Source of the DNA: a virus | Lineage: Duplodnaviria; Caudoviricetes | IMG/VR virus record: IMGVR_UViG_3300017589_000258 | Span: 1 to 24,309 of that record | DNA length: 24,309 nucleotides | Reading direction: 5' to 3' (one strand) | In this document: piece after piece, positions 1 to 7,818 of the stretch | Position numbering within the stretch: the first letter of the stretch is position 1 | How the letters are laid out: every line of letters begins with the position of its first letter | Position numbers and translations under genes: made by a program | Notes under the pieces: model-generated | Seen by the model: the letters and a program-made list of their open reading frames with translations, nothing else | Databases searched by the model: none | What the model was told of the DNA's origin: nothing

Positions 1-273
1 TTACCCTCCGGCTTTGATTTGATTGCGCAATTCTTCCAATCCAATTCTCTGCTCAATATAACAACCTAAACGATTTTTATCAAACTTTTCATCATCATTT
101 AGGGTTTCATAACTTTCAATTATATTGTCAGTAATTTTAAATTTCCACATTGTTTTTGATACATACTGTTTACACTCGAGAATATCATAATTGCAAGCCT
201 CACAATAATTTATAAACGCTTTTTCTTTTTCACAAAATTCCCATTTTCCTTTAATACCTTTATAAATCTCCAT
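1..273 (-). CDS. hypothetical protein (90 aa), leftward small-gene operon
   Basis: ATG at 273 with upstream AAAGGA, TAA at 1-3; AT-rich; no recognisable motif. Confidence 0.7.
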   Translation of the reverse strand: MEIYKGIKGKWEFCEKEKAFINYCEACNYDILECKQYVSKTMWKFKITDNIIESYETLNDDEKFDKNRLGCYIEQRIGLEELRNQIKAGG

Positions 274-391
274 AGCATCCGCATTCCTTTCGGTTCAATC
301 ACGATAGAACCAGTTTTTTGATTTTATTGTAGCGCGTTGTGTGTTGGATTGCAAGTCGGAGCTTAGCCGCTCCGATCGGCGGTGGTGAGTG

Positions 392-619
392 TTATTTCTT
401 AATTGTCCATCCATCGCGTACAAGCTTTCCGTTTTTATATTCAATATAATTACATCCATCTTCAACCAACCATACTAAACCTTCACCACTATATCCGCAA
501 CTATCTGTCATAGTAGATGATTCTTTTGCGCACTGTTTAGCATCTTTTAAGTTAGTGAAGTAGCCGCCATATTCACCGTATACGCACCACTTGTCTTTTC
601 TGGCTCTGGTCATCTTCAT
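392..619 (-). CDS. hypothetical protein (75 aa)
   Basis: AGGAGGG RBS (reverse complement at 622-628) upstream of ATG; co-oriented with neighbours. Confidence 0.75.
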   Translation of the reverse strand: MKMTRARKDKWCVYGEYGGYFTNLKDAKQCAKESSTMTDSCGYSGEGLVWLVEDGCNYIEYKNGKLVRDGWTIKK

Positions 620-666
620 GCCCTCCTATTATTTGTGGTATCCACAGGCCGCCGAAGCGGTTTCGA

Positions 667-846
667 TTACTCATGTTTAATGGTTACAGTGGCGGTTTTT
701 TTGTCATATTCCATCGGCGGGTATCCTTCGCGCTCGGCAATCTCTTTCATGCAGTTGAAAAATCGCGTTGCCGCGCCTCCGGCTGGTGCAAGGCTGATTT
801 GACCATCAAGGGCAAGTTCTTCGAGTGCCATTCGTTCATTGCTCAT
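667..846 (-). CDS. hypothetical protein (59 aa, MSNERMALEEL...)
   Basis: Start moved from 897 to ATG 846, which follows an AAGGGAG RBS and avoids overlap with the upstream gene. Confidence 0.7.
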   Translation of the reverse strand: MSNERMALEELALDGQISLAPAGGAATRFFNCMKEIAEREGYPPMEYDKKTATVTIKHE

Positions 847-866
847 ATAGTGATTCTCCCTTTCCG

Positions 867-1202
867 TTATGTCTCGTCTGCATTCCAACATTTGCATTCA
901 TCGTCGTTGACTTCGCTGTATTCCTCGTCAGTGTTGTCCATGTTATAGAGCCTGTATGCGCCCCACAGTTGCGTTGTGCTGCCGTTGTCGATGATGACGG
1001 TCTTTATGTTGAACTTTTTGTATGTACCCTCTGCACCGCCATTAAATCCAGCCGCAAAGATTGTACCGTCTTTGTACTGCACGAAGATTGAGTCATCATC
1101 TGGCATGTTGTCAAAGTCATAATAGCCAATCCATTCAAGCGCTTCCTTGCGGCTGCTGAACATCTCGAATATCTGACCGCCTTTTGTCTCAATGCTTGTC
1201 AT
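867..1202 (-). CDS. acidic hypothetical protein (111 aa, MTSIETKGG...)
   Basis: Start moved from 1259 to ATG 1202 behind GGAGG (1211-1215); about 22 D/E versus 9 K/R by hand count. Confidence 0.75.
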   Translation of the reverse strand: MTSIETKGGQIFEMFSSRKEALEWIGYYDFDNMPDDDSIFVQYKDGTIFAAGFNGGAEGTYKKFNIKTVIIDNGSTTQLWGAYRLYNMDNTDEEYSEVNDDECKCWNADET

Positions 1203-1240
1203 GTTGCTTTCCTCCTCAATTTGCTTTGGTTTGTGATTAC

Positions 1241-1269
1241 ATAGTACCATCATGTACATGATATGTCTA
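1241..1269 (-). promoter_or_regulatory. leftward sigma-A type promoter
   Basis: Minus strand TAGACA (1269-1264), 17-nt spacer, TACTAT (1246-1241) with extended -10 TG. Confidence 0.65.
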
Positions 1270-1327
1270 TTGGCAGATTAGCCAAACATGTACATGATAT
1301 TTTGTGCATTATCATCATGGACATGAT
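1249..1327. promoter_or_regulatory. three copies of a 14-bp palindromic operator, consensus ATCATGTACATGAT
   Basis: 1249-1262 ATCATGTACATGAT (perfect), 1285-1298 AACATGTACATGAT, 1314-1327 ATCATGGACATGAT; copies 1 and 3 overlap the two divergent promoters. Confidence 0.85.
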
Positions 1328-1351
1328 ACTCGGGCAGTGATACTATATAAT
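1318..1351 (+). promoter_or_regulatory. rightward promoter for the RHH regulator
   Basis: TGGACA (1318-1323), 17-nt spacer, TGa-TACTAT (1341-1346); an overlapping TATAAT lies at 1346-1351. Confidence 0.6.
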
Positions 1352-1372
1352 GGATAAATTGGAGGTGTTGAA

Positions 1373-1558
1373 GTGGAGGAACGAAAAGAGGATTACCGCA
1401 ACTGGTGGCAGCGTGAGAACCAGGAGCGTATCATTGTAATGGTCGACAAAGGCCACAAGGACAATATTAAGGCGGCAGCATTTGAAGCCGGGTACAAGAG
1501 CCTGAACGCTTATATAGTGGAGGCGATTGAGGAAAAGATGAAAAAAGAGGTCACATAA
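1373..1558 (+). CDS. ribbon-helix-helix (Arc/ParG-like) DNA-binding protein
   Basis: GGAGGTG RBS and GTG start; strand ERIIVMV, helix KDNIKAAA, turn G-x-x-S, helix LNAYIVEAIEEKM. Confidence 0.75.
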   Translation: MEERKEDYRNWWQRENQERIIVMVDKGHKDNIKAAAFEAGYKSLNAYIVEAIEEKMKKEVT

Positions 1559-1590
1559 CGCAATTATGGAACGATTAGCCGCTGTGAGTG

Positions 1591-1599
1591 TGATATTAT
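1591..1599 (+). promoter_or_regulatory. candidate late promoter (extended -10, no consensus -35)
   Basis: TGaTATTAT upstream of terS, the usual position of activator-dependent late promoters in Firmicutes phages. Confidence 0.4.
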
Positions 1600-1668
1600 G
1601 TTAGCATCAAAGGTCGTCTGGAAAAACCTTACGGATTAACCAACCCCCGTAACTTAGTAACTGATAGG

Positions 1669-1709
1669 AAAAAGAGAGAGTGTGTCTATACACACTACTC
1701 TCTCTTTTT
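1669..1709. terminator. bidirectional intrinsic terminator-like hairpin
   Basis: AAAAAGAGAGAGTGTGT-CTAT-ACACA(CTA bulge)CTCTCTCTTTTT. Confidence 0.7.
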
Positions 1710-1778
1710 ACGTTCTAGGTTAATAGGTTATAAGTAACTAAGATGATTATAAATTGATTGATTGGAGTTGAGTAATAT

Positions 1779-2198
1779 ATGGCTAGACCAACAGATTATA
1801 GACAGGAGTATAACGACTTAGCTTATAAGTATTGTTTACTCGGTGCTTCTGATAAAGATTTAGCTGATTTTTTTTATGTAGAAGAGTCTACGATTAACAA
1901 TTGGAAGATAGCACATACAGAGTTTATGGAGTCCATAAAAAGAGGCAAAGAATTAGCTGACGCAAATGTAGCAAGTAGATTGTACAGCAGAGCAACTGGA
2001 TACGAGCAAAAAACAGATAAAATCTTTCAATTCCAAGGCAATCCGGTTATTGTGCCAACAGTTGAACATATAGCACCTGACACTACTGCTGCAATCTTTT
2101 GGCTTAAAAACAGACGGCCTAAAGATTGGAGAGACAAGCAAGACATTGAGGTATCTGGCAACGTCAGTTTCTCAGGTGAAAGCGAGTTAAAAGACTGA
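1779..2198 (+). CDS. terS: terminase small subunit
   Basis: MARPTDY start, HTH (LGASDKDLADFF..ESTINNWK), PDTTAAIFWLKNR.P..WRDKQ motif; upstream of terL. Confidence 0.85.
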   Translation: MARPTDYRQEYNDLAYKYCLLGASDKDLADFFYVEESTINNWKIAHTEFMESIKRGKELADANVASRLYSRATGYEQKTDKIFQFQGNPVIVPTVEHIAPDTTAAIFWLKNRRPKDWRDKQDIEVSGNVSFSGESELKD

Positions 2199-2590
2199 TG
2201 AAGTCAACAAAATAATGATTTTTTGACCAAGGTTACAATCTGTAACTAATCCTGTATCAACTGCAGGAGTAAGTATACAAGGTTTTACAGCTTGTTTCCT
2301 TTGCTTTGCTTGTTCGTCAATAACACGGATTTCGTGGTTTCAATGGCTGTTATGTGACCAACTAATGCTGCTTGTGCTGCTGAGTGATTGAGGGTATGTA
2401 CTCTCTCCTGCTGGTTGGTTGTGGGGGCTGCATGATGTGGATGCCTGGTTGCTGGCCGTGCCGGAATCGGGGGTGGGGTAGTCGCGGATTGGGCGGGTAC
2501 GGGTGGAGGGAAAGGTATAGTATATATATCCCTCCTTAAACTTTCCCTTTTACACAATTAATAAAAAATCAACCTAAGGAGTTACAATAA

Positions 2591-2821
2591 ATGGTAAGCG
2601 ATAATAAACAGTGTTCTACTTCTGGAATGATATGCACCAATGGAGAAATAGCTAACGCAAATCATTTTACTCATCATAGAGCTGTAAGTGATTCGTGCGC
2701 CGAATATTCAGAAACTGACTATCAATCAGAATGCGCAAAGCTAGCGAGAGAAAACGCTGAACTGAAAGCTGATATTGCCCAGCTAAGAGCGGCGCTCATA
2801 AAAGTCGCTCTAAAGCTGTAG
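2591..2821 (+). CDS. hypothetical protein with Cys-containing N-terminus and C-terminal coiled coil
   Basis: AAGGAG RBS; heptads LARENAELKADIAQLRAAL. Confidence 0.65.
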   Translation: MVSDNKQCSTSGMICTNGEIANANHFTHHRAVSDSCAEYSETDYQSECAKLARENAELKADIAQLRAALIKVALKL

Positions 2822-3015
2822 CCCACATCCACTAGTACATATTTCAAATTCACTTTAGAAGCTATCACATGCTTATTGAAGACGACTGGATTTAACGCAC
2901 ATTCTCCATCGGTCATTTGGGACGCTTGTGCCAGCGAGTGTTCGCAAAAACAATGAATAGCCCCGACTGTCTTCGGACTTAGGGTTGGCGGCTGGATGCG
3001 TCTTGCCGCCTATAC

Positions 3016-3091
3016 GCTGACATAGCTCAAACGGTAGAGCGTCGCACTTGTAAAGCGAAGGTTGCGTGTTCGATTCACGCCGTCAGCTCCA
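3016..3091 (+). tRNA. tRNA-Thr (anticodon TGT)
   Basis: 76-nt cloverleaf: acceptor GCTGACA/CGTCAGC, D arm GCTC/GAGC, anticodon loop CT-TGT-AA, T arm GCGTG-TTCGATT-CACGC, encoded CCA; mismatches at 7-66 and 31-39. Confidence 0.92.
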
Positions 3092-3092
3092 C

Positions 3093-3123
3093 GCCATCCT
3101 ATGGGGTGGCTGTTTTGTTGTTT
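3093..3123 (+). terminator. intrinsic terminator-like hairpin after the tRNA
   Basis: GCCATCC-TATG-GGGTGGC followed by TGTTTTGTTGTTT. Confidence 0.6.
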
Positions 3124-3258
3124 AAATTCCGTTAGGTGCTGGCTCGTTGAGAGCGCGGTGTGGACAAGCGCCAAAAGGACAAGTGGGGAAAAATATCGGT
3201 TTCGTATATAGCCTTGGGGCGGGCGGGCTAGATTCCGACAAAAGAAAGCGGTGATTCT

Positions 3259-4137
3259 CTGGACTGGAAATCAGAGGCTGAACACTTAAAATTTGACGAT
3301 GGCTTGTCGTGGAAAGAAGTATATGCCTCTCTACGGCATTACTTTCCCGAATCAACTGACAAACAGGTTGAAGAACGGATACGCAGAGCATTGCGCAGAA
3401 GCCCAAAGTATCACGCCGACAAACCAAGATCAAACCAAGACCATTTTACCTATCACAGCGATTCGTCAGTAAATCTGTACATTGTTTCTGACGTACATTG
3501 CGGCGCTCATGGCTTTGACAAGAAAGCCTTTACTCGATACATAGCCATGATTGCAAGGGATGATAACGCGGTTGTGGCAGTACTTGGAGACTTGATTGAC
3601 AACGCAACGCAAGGCTCCAAGGGTTGCATATTTTCTCAGCGTGTTTCACCTCAAAAACAGGTTGAGAGTGTCATTGAAATGTTAACGCCCATCAAAGACA
3701 AAATCATATTTTTTTGCATCGGCAATCATGAAGAAAGAACATTCCGGCAGACTGGCAGTGACCCCGGATATACAATGTGCCTCGGGCTAAACTGCCTCGA
3801 CAAATACAACTACGTCCACGGCTTTATTACCATTCACGCCGCAGGAAAAATGTACAAGCTGTACGCCACTCACAACATCGGGAAAGCGGAGAGCAAGCTA
3901 AAAACGATGGCTCGAGCGCATTCTGATTGCGACATTATTATGGGCGGTCACATTCACCAAGCGAAGGTTGTGCCTGTTGCCCAACAGCTTCACAGCGGCA
4001 AAATAAAGACCACCTACGCTGTCACGGGGTGCGCTTGGCTGAAAGACGAAAGCTACTCCATATCTGCCGCCTACGAGCCTGTCAGCATGTCGCCTCCGCT
4101 TATAACACTGGGAGAACGAATGAATGTATACCAGTGA
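3259..4137 (+). CDS. calcineurin-like metallophosphoesterase with a small N-terminal helical extension
   Basis: Motifs SDVH, GDLIDN, GNHE, H, GHIH; start proposed at CTG 3259 behind AAAGCGGTGA (ORF track gives TTG 3304). Confidence 0.85.
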   Translation: MDWKSEAEHLKFDDGLSWKEVYASLRHYFPESTDKQVEERIRRALRRSPKYHADKPRSNQDHFTYHSDSSVNLYIVSDVHCGAHGFDKKAFTRYIAMIARDDNAVVAVLGDLIDNATQGSKGCIFSQRVSPQKQVESVIEMLTPIKDKIIFFCIGNHEERTFRQTGSDPGYTMCLGLNCLDKYNYVHGFITIHAAGKMYKLYATHNIGKAESKLKTMARAHSDCDIIMGGHIHQAKVVPVAQQLHSGKIKTTYAVTGCAWLKDESYSISAAYEPVSMSPPLITLGERMNVYQ

Positions 4138-4312
4138 TAAGCGGCTGATTTGCCTATGCCACCGCTGCTTGCAGGACTACACGTCAACTGGCTGGCGCGC
4201 AAAGCGTGACTACTCTGTGCAGATTTTAGAAGAATGCGAACATTGTAACCGCAGCAGCTGGGTCTATTTGATTGAGAGGGTAAAGCATGGCGAAAGCAAA
4301 GACGACAATTAA
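4124..4312 (+). CDS. small zinc-ribbon protein (62 aa)
   Basis: CHRC...CEHC pairs; GGGAG RBS; overlaps both neighbours. Confidence 0.65.
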   Translation: MYTSDKRLICLCHRCLQDYTSTGWRAKRDYSVQILEECEHCNRSSWVYLIERVKHGESKDDN

Positions 4313-5714
4313 TCTTCCAGATGTTGTTGGGGCTGGATATGGAAGCTTTTGGAGCGATAGACACCGCTATCGCGTTTTAAAGGGCGGTCGTGCTTCTAAA
4401 AAATCCACCACTACAGCCTTATGGTTTATCACCAACCTCATGAAATACAAGGACGCCAACGCGCTTGTTGTTCGCCAAGTCTACAATACCCACAAGGACA
4501 GCACCTTTGCCATGCTCAAATGGGCGGCTACGCGCTTGGGGGTATATCACCTCTGGCAGTTTAAGGAAACCCCCTTAGAGTGCATTTACAAGCCCACAGG
4601 GCAAAAGATATTATTCAGAGGTTTTGACGATGTTTTTAAGCTGACTTCCATTACTGTTGCAAAAGGCGTTCTTTGCTGGGTGTGGTGCGAAGAAGCCTAT
4701 GAAATTCAGGACGAAGAAGAATTTCGCGTGCTTGACGAAACCATTCGAGGTGAAGTTCCCGATGGCTTGTGGAAACAAATTACACTCACCTACAATCCGT
4801 GGGTGTCGTCACACTGGACAAAAGACCGTTTTTTTGACAGTACCGACCCTGACGCATTCACCCTCACGACCACCTACAGATGCAACGAGTGGCTTGACGA
4901 TGCAGATAGAAAGCTGATCGAGGACACAGCGGTAACAAATCCTGATAGGTACAGGGTTATCGGCTTGGGCGAGTATGGCATCCCAGGCGGTGCGTTCTTT
5001 GGCGAATTTCGTACGGACACTCATGTTATGGAGCCTTTTCCTATCCCGTCGCACTGGACGCGCTTTGTTTGCATTGACTACGGGCTTGATATGCTTGCCG
5101 CCCTCTGGATTGCCGTTGACGAGCGAGGATTTGCTTATATTTACAAAGATATCAACGAACCGAATTTAATTATATCCGATGCCGCACAAAGGGTTAAGGA
5201 AGTAAGCGGCGGCGAAAATATCCGCCTGCACTATGCCCCTCCCGACCTTTGGAATAGGCGACAGGAATCTGGCAAGTCGGTTGCAGACTGGTTTCGTGAT
5301 TCTGGCATTGTTCTTTTCAAGTCAAATAACGACCGTGAAGACGGTTGCTTTGCGATGAAAGAATGGCTAAAGCCCATCGACACAAAAGACGTTGAAACAG
5401 GCGCACCTATCAGAATTGCAAAACTGCGTATTTTTTCAAACTGCAAAACGCTGATTAACTCCTTGCCGCAGCTTAGGACGGACGAAGTTAAGCCGAACAT
5501 ATACGACAATGAAGCTAAAAGTGCAACGAGACATAAATTGACGCATGCGCCTGACGCATTGCGTTATTTTTGTGTCATGCGCCACCGACCGACAGACGCT
5601 ATTATTCAAAAATCATATGACTATTTCCGCGATACTTACGGCTACGGCGACAATGAACACGATGGCGAACCCTCAGAAAGCTATATTTACATGAAAGTGA
5701 CGGGGAGAAGATGA
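4287..5714 (+). CDS. terL: terminase large subunit (PBSX-like ATPase plus RNase H-like nuclease)
   Basis: Walker A GGRASKKS, Walker B WVWCEEA, coupling motif TYNP, nuclease IDYG and HAPDALRY. Confidence 0.95.
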   Translation: MAKAKTTINLPDVVGAGYGSFWSDRHRYRVLKGGRASKKSTTTALWFITNLMKYKDANALVVRQVYNTHKDSTFAMLKWAATRLGVYHLWQFKETPLECIYKPTGQKILFRGFDDVFKLTSITVAKGVLCWVWCEEAYEIQDEEEFRVLDETIRGEVPDGLWKQITLTYNPWVSSHWTKDRFFDSTDPDAFTLTTTYRCNEWLDDADRKLIEDTAVTNPDRYRVIGLGEYGIPGGAFFGEFRTDTHVMEPFPIPSHWTRFVCIDYGLDMLAALWIAVDERGFAYIYKDINEPNLIISDAAQRVKEVSGGENIRLHYAPPDLWNRRQESGKSVADWFRDSGIVLFKSNNDREDGCFAMKEWLKPIDTKDVETGAPIRIAKLRIFSNCKTLINSLPQLRTDEVKPNIYDNEAKSATRHKLTHAPDALRYFCVMRHRPTDAIIQKSYDYFRDTYGYGDNEHDGEPSESYIYMKVTGRR

Positions 5715-5995
5715 TAATTTACCCTATTTTACTTACGGTTTTGCCCTTTATTTGCTTTTTCCTGTGCGTCTACTGCTACATTTTGGGGGTAAAGCATGGG
5801 CGTGTTGCTCAAAACGGCGGTACACCGCGCATCCCAAACCCTGTCGCCGCCATAAAAACGGCTGTTGAGGAAGCGGAGGCAGAAAAGGAAGCCAAGGAAC
5901 TTGACAGCGAGTTTGGAGAAATCATGTCTTTGTCGCGAGAGAGCATGATGGACGCGATAGATAAAAAGCGCGACGACCGAATGGGGCGTGGTTAA
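5711..5995 (+). CDS. small membrane-anchored hypothetical protein
   Basis: N-terminal hydrophobic helix (IIYPILLTVLPFICFFLCVYCYILGV); ATGA overlap with the terL stop. Confidence 0.7.
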   Translation: MIIYPILLTVLPFICFFLCVYCYILGVKHGRVAQNGGTPRIPNPVAAIKTAVEEAEAEKEAKELDSEFGEIMSLSRESMMDAIDKKRDDRMGRG

Positions 5996-7780
5996 ATGAC
6001 GGAAAAACTTGACAACACCCTCGAATGGGAACAAAAAACAGCAGGCGAACAATACAACAACAACATCCGCTACTACACGGCAACCGACCTCAACTGGAAC
6101 ATGTACAACGATAATCAGTGGGTTGGGGTAAAAGCTAATGATTTGCTAAAATTTCAGGCAAACGTCTGCAAGCAGTCCACGAACTACCAGCGGGCATCCA
6201 TTTTAAGCCGACCCATCAAAGCTGAATACGATGCCGACAATATCCCTGAGCCAATGCCGGGCTCACAAGACCCCGTTGACCTTGCAAACAAATCCAAGCG
6301 TGAAATCATCAAAAAGCTCACGCAGGCGGCAAGCATGAAGTGGGAAAAAGAAAAAATGCAACACAAGCTTCATGAAATTTTGCTTGATGGGGCGGTTTCT
6401 GGCGACATGTGCGTTCACACTTACTGGGATGAAACAATGGCAACAGGACAGCTAGAAACGGGCGACTTTCACACCGATGTAATTGACGGCGCAAGAGTAA
6501 TGCCATCTAACCCAAATTCAGCCGACATGCAAAGCCAAGAGTATATCCTTATTGTTGGTCGTGAAGCAGTTTCCAAGCTGAAAGCAGAGGCCAAGCGCAA
6601 CAAGGTAAGCCAGTATTTTATTGATGCCATTATGTCAGACCGCGATACGGAATACCAGATTGGAGAACGTGGGAAAATTGAGCTGGAAAGTAAAGACGAT
6701 GTAGGGGCAAAAGCGACTTATGTCATTAAATACTGGAAAGACGAAAGCGGAGAGGTTTTCTGGAACAAGTCAACCAGATACTGTCAGATTGTTAAAAACA
6801 GAAAATTGGGCAACGCAAAGGGCGAGTACATAGAAGAAACCAAAATAACACGTTACCCGATTGCTTGGGGCAACTGGGATATTATCAAGAACTCCTACCA
6901 CGGCAATTCGCTTATCGGAGGTATTGTAGACAACCAGCTTACCATTAACCAGCTCATTGCAATGTGCAACCACTGGATGCGGCTTAATGCCTTTGGCAAA
7001 ACCATAATTGACAGCGACCGCATTGAAAAGTGGACAAACAAATTAAACGAGGTCATCAAGTGCAGCGGCTCTACTGATGGCGTTGTTAAGCAGCTTGCCG
7101 CTGGAAACTTCAATTCTGCCATTCTGGAACTCATTAAACTAATTGTGCAGTACACCAAAGAGTTTTCAGGCGCAACCGAGGGCGCGTTAGGACAAATTAA
7201 CCCCGAACAAGCCAGCGGAACCGCTATCATGATGGCGGCAAAGCAATCGGCAGTCCCACATGCAAATATCCTTGAAAATCTCACGCAGTTTGTAGAGGAC
7301 ATTTACCTTATTTGGGGCGAGTTTATGCTGAAGAAGTACAACACTCGCAAGCTGTTCTTCAAAAACGAAAAGAATATGCTGACCGCCTTTGATTACAACA
7401 GCGAGGATATTTCAGATGTGCTTCTTTCTTGCAAAGTGAATGTAGGACCGTCCTCCATTTACAGCGAAACTGTGCTGATGCAAAACTTGGACAGCTTGGC
7501 GCAACGCGGACCCGAATGGATAACGCCTGTTGAATATTACGAAGCGGTAGCGACGATGAACATTCTCCCTAACCCTCAAAAGCTGATTGCAAATGCCAAG
7601 GTGCGCGAAATGCAGAAAGCGCAGATACAGCAGATGCAACAGCAGCTTGCGCTTGCGCAGGGCTTGCCACCCCAGTTAACCACGGCCACAGGGCAAGGCG
7701 CGAACTCCCCTGAGCTACAGGGTGCGCTAGGCGCAACCGCTCAAAACAGCCTCAGAACAAGCCAGCCAAAGCAAAGCTAA
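5996..7780 (+). CDS. portal protein (podovirus type)
   Basis: 594 aa between terL and scaffold; YPI..NW, SYHG.S, Q..IN and ASGTAI motifs; Q-rich C-terminal tail. Confidence 0.88.
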   Translation: MTEKLDNTLEWEQKTAGEQYNNNIRYYTATDLNWNMYNDNQWVGVKANDLLKFQANVCKQSTNYQRASILSRPIKAEYDADNIPEPMPGSQDPVDLANKSKREIIKKLTQAASMKWEKEKMQHKLHEILLDGAVSGDMCVHTYWDETMATGQLETGDFHTDVIDGARVMPSNPNSADMQSQEYILIVGREAVSKLKAEAKRNKVSQYFIDAIMSDRDTEYQIGERGKIELESKDDVGAKATYVIKYWKDESGEVFWNKSTRYCQIVKNRKLGNAKGEYIEETKITRYPIAWGNWDIIKNSYHGNSLIGGIVDNQLTINQLIAMCNHWMRLNAFGKTIIDSDRIEKWTNKLNEVIKCSGSTDGVVKQLAAGNFNSAILELIKLIVQYTKEFSGATEGALGQINPEQASGTAIMMAAKQSAVPHANILENLTQFVEDIYLIWGEFMLKKYNTRKLFFKNEKNMLTAFDYNSEDISDVLLSCKVNVGPSSIYSETVLMQNLDSLAQRGPEWITPVEYYEAVATMNILPNPQKLIANAKVREMQKAQIQQMQQQLALAQGLPPQLTTATGQGANSPELQGALGATAQNSLRTSQPKQS

Positions 7781-7782
7781 TC

Positions 7783-7818
7783 AGAGCGAAAGCGCAGAAG
7801 CGCAATCGCTCTTTTTTT
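7783..7818 (+). terminator. intrinsic terminator after the portal gene
   Basis: AGAGCGA-aa-GCGC-agaa-GCGC-aa-TCGCTCT followed by a T run. Confidence 0.75.

Noticed and set aside
329-356. GTAGCGCG...TGGATTGCAAG resembles a solitary type I-C CRISPR repeat
   Set aside because: Too short, weak stem, single copy, and on the strand opposite the local transcription; no array in the window.
641-680. Hammerhead-like ATGAG-TAAT-CGAAAC-stem on the minus strand
   Set aside because: It lacks the CUG of the CUGANGA core and has GCC rather than an NUH cleavage triplet.
2285-2557. Pro-rich 90-aa minus-strand ORF
   Set aside because: A by-product of the G-rich tract, with no RBS and opposite to the late operon.
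4124-4312. Possible terminase-associated HNH nuclease
   Set aside because: Two CxxC pairs are present but no HNH catalytic motif, and it is too short.
5993-5998. In-frame TAA-ATG junctions suggesting stop-codon reassignment
   Set aside because: TAA, TGA and TAG all end genes at sensible places, conserved genes are uninterrupted, and no suppressor tRNA is present.
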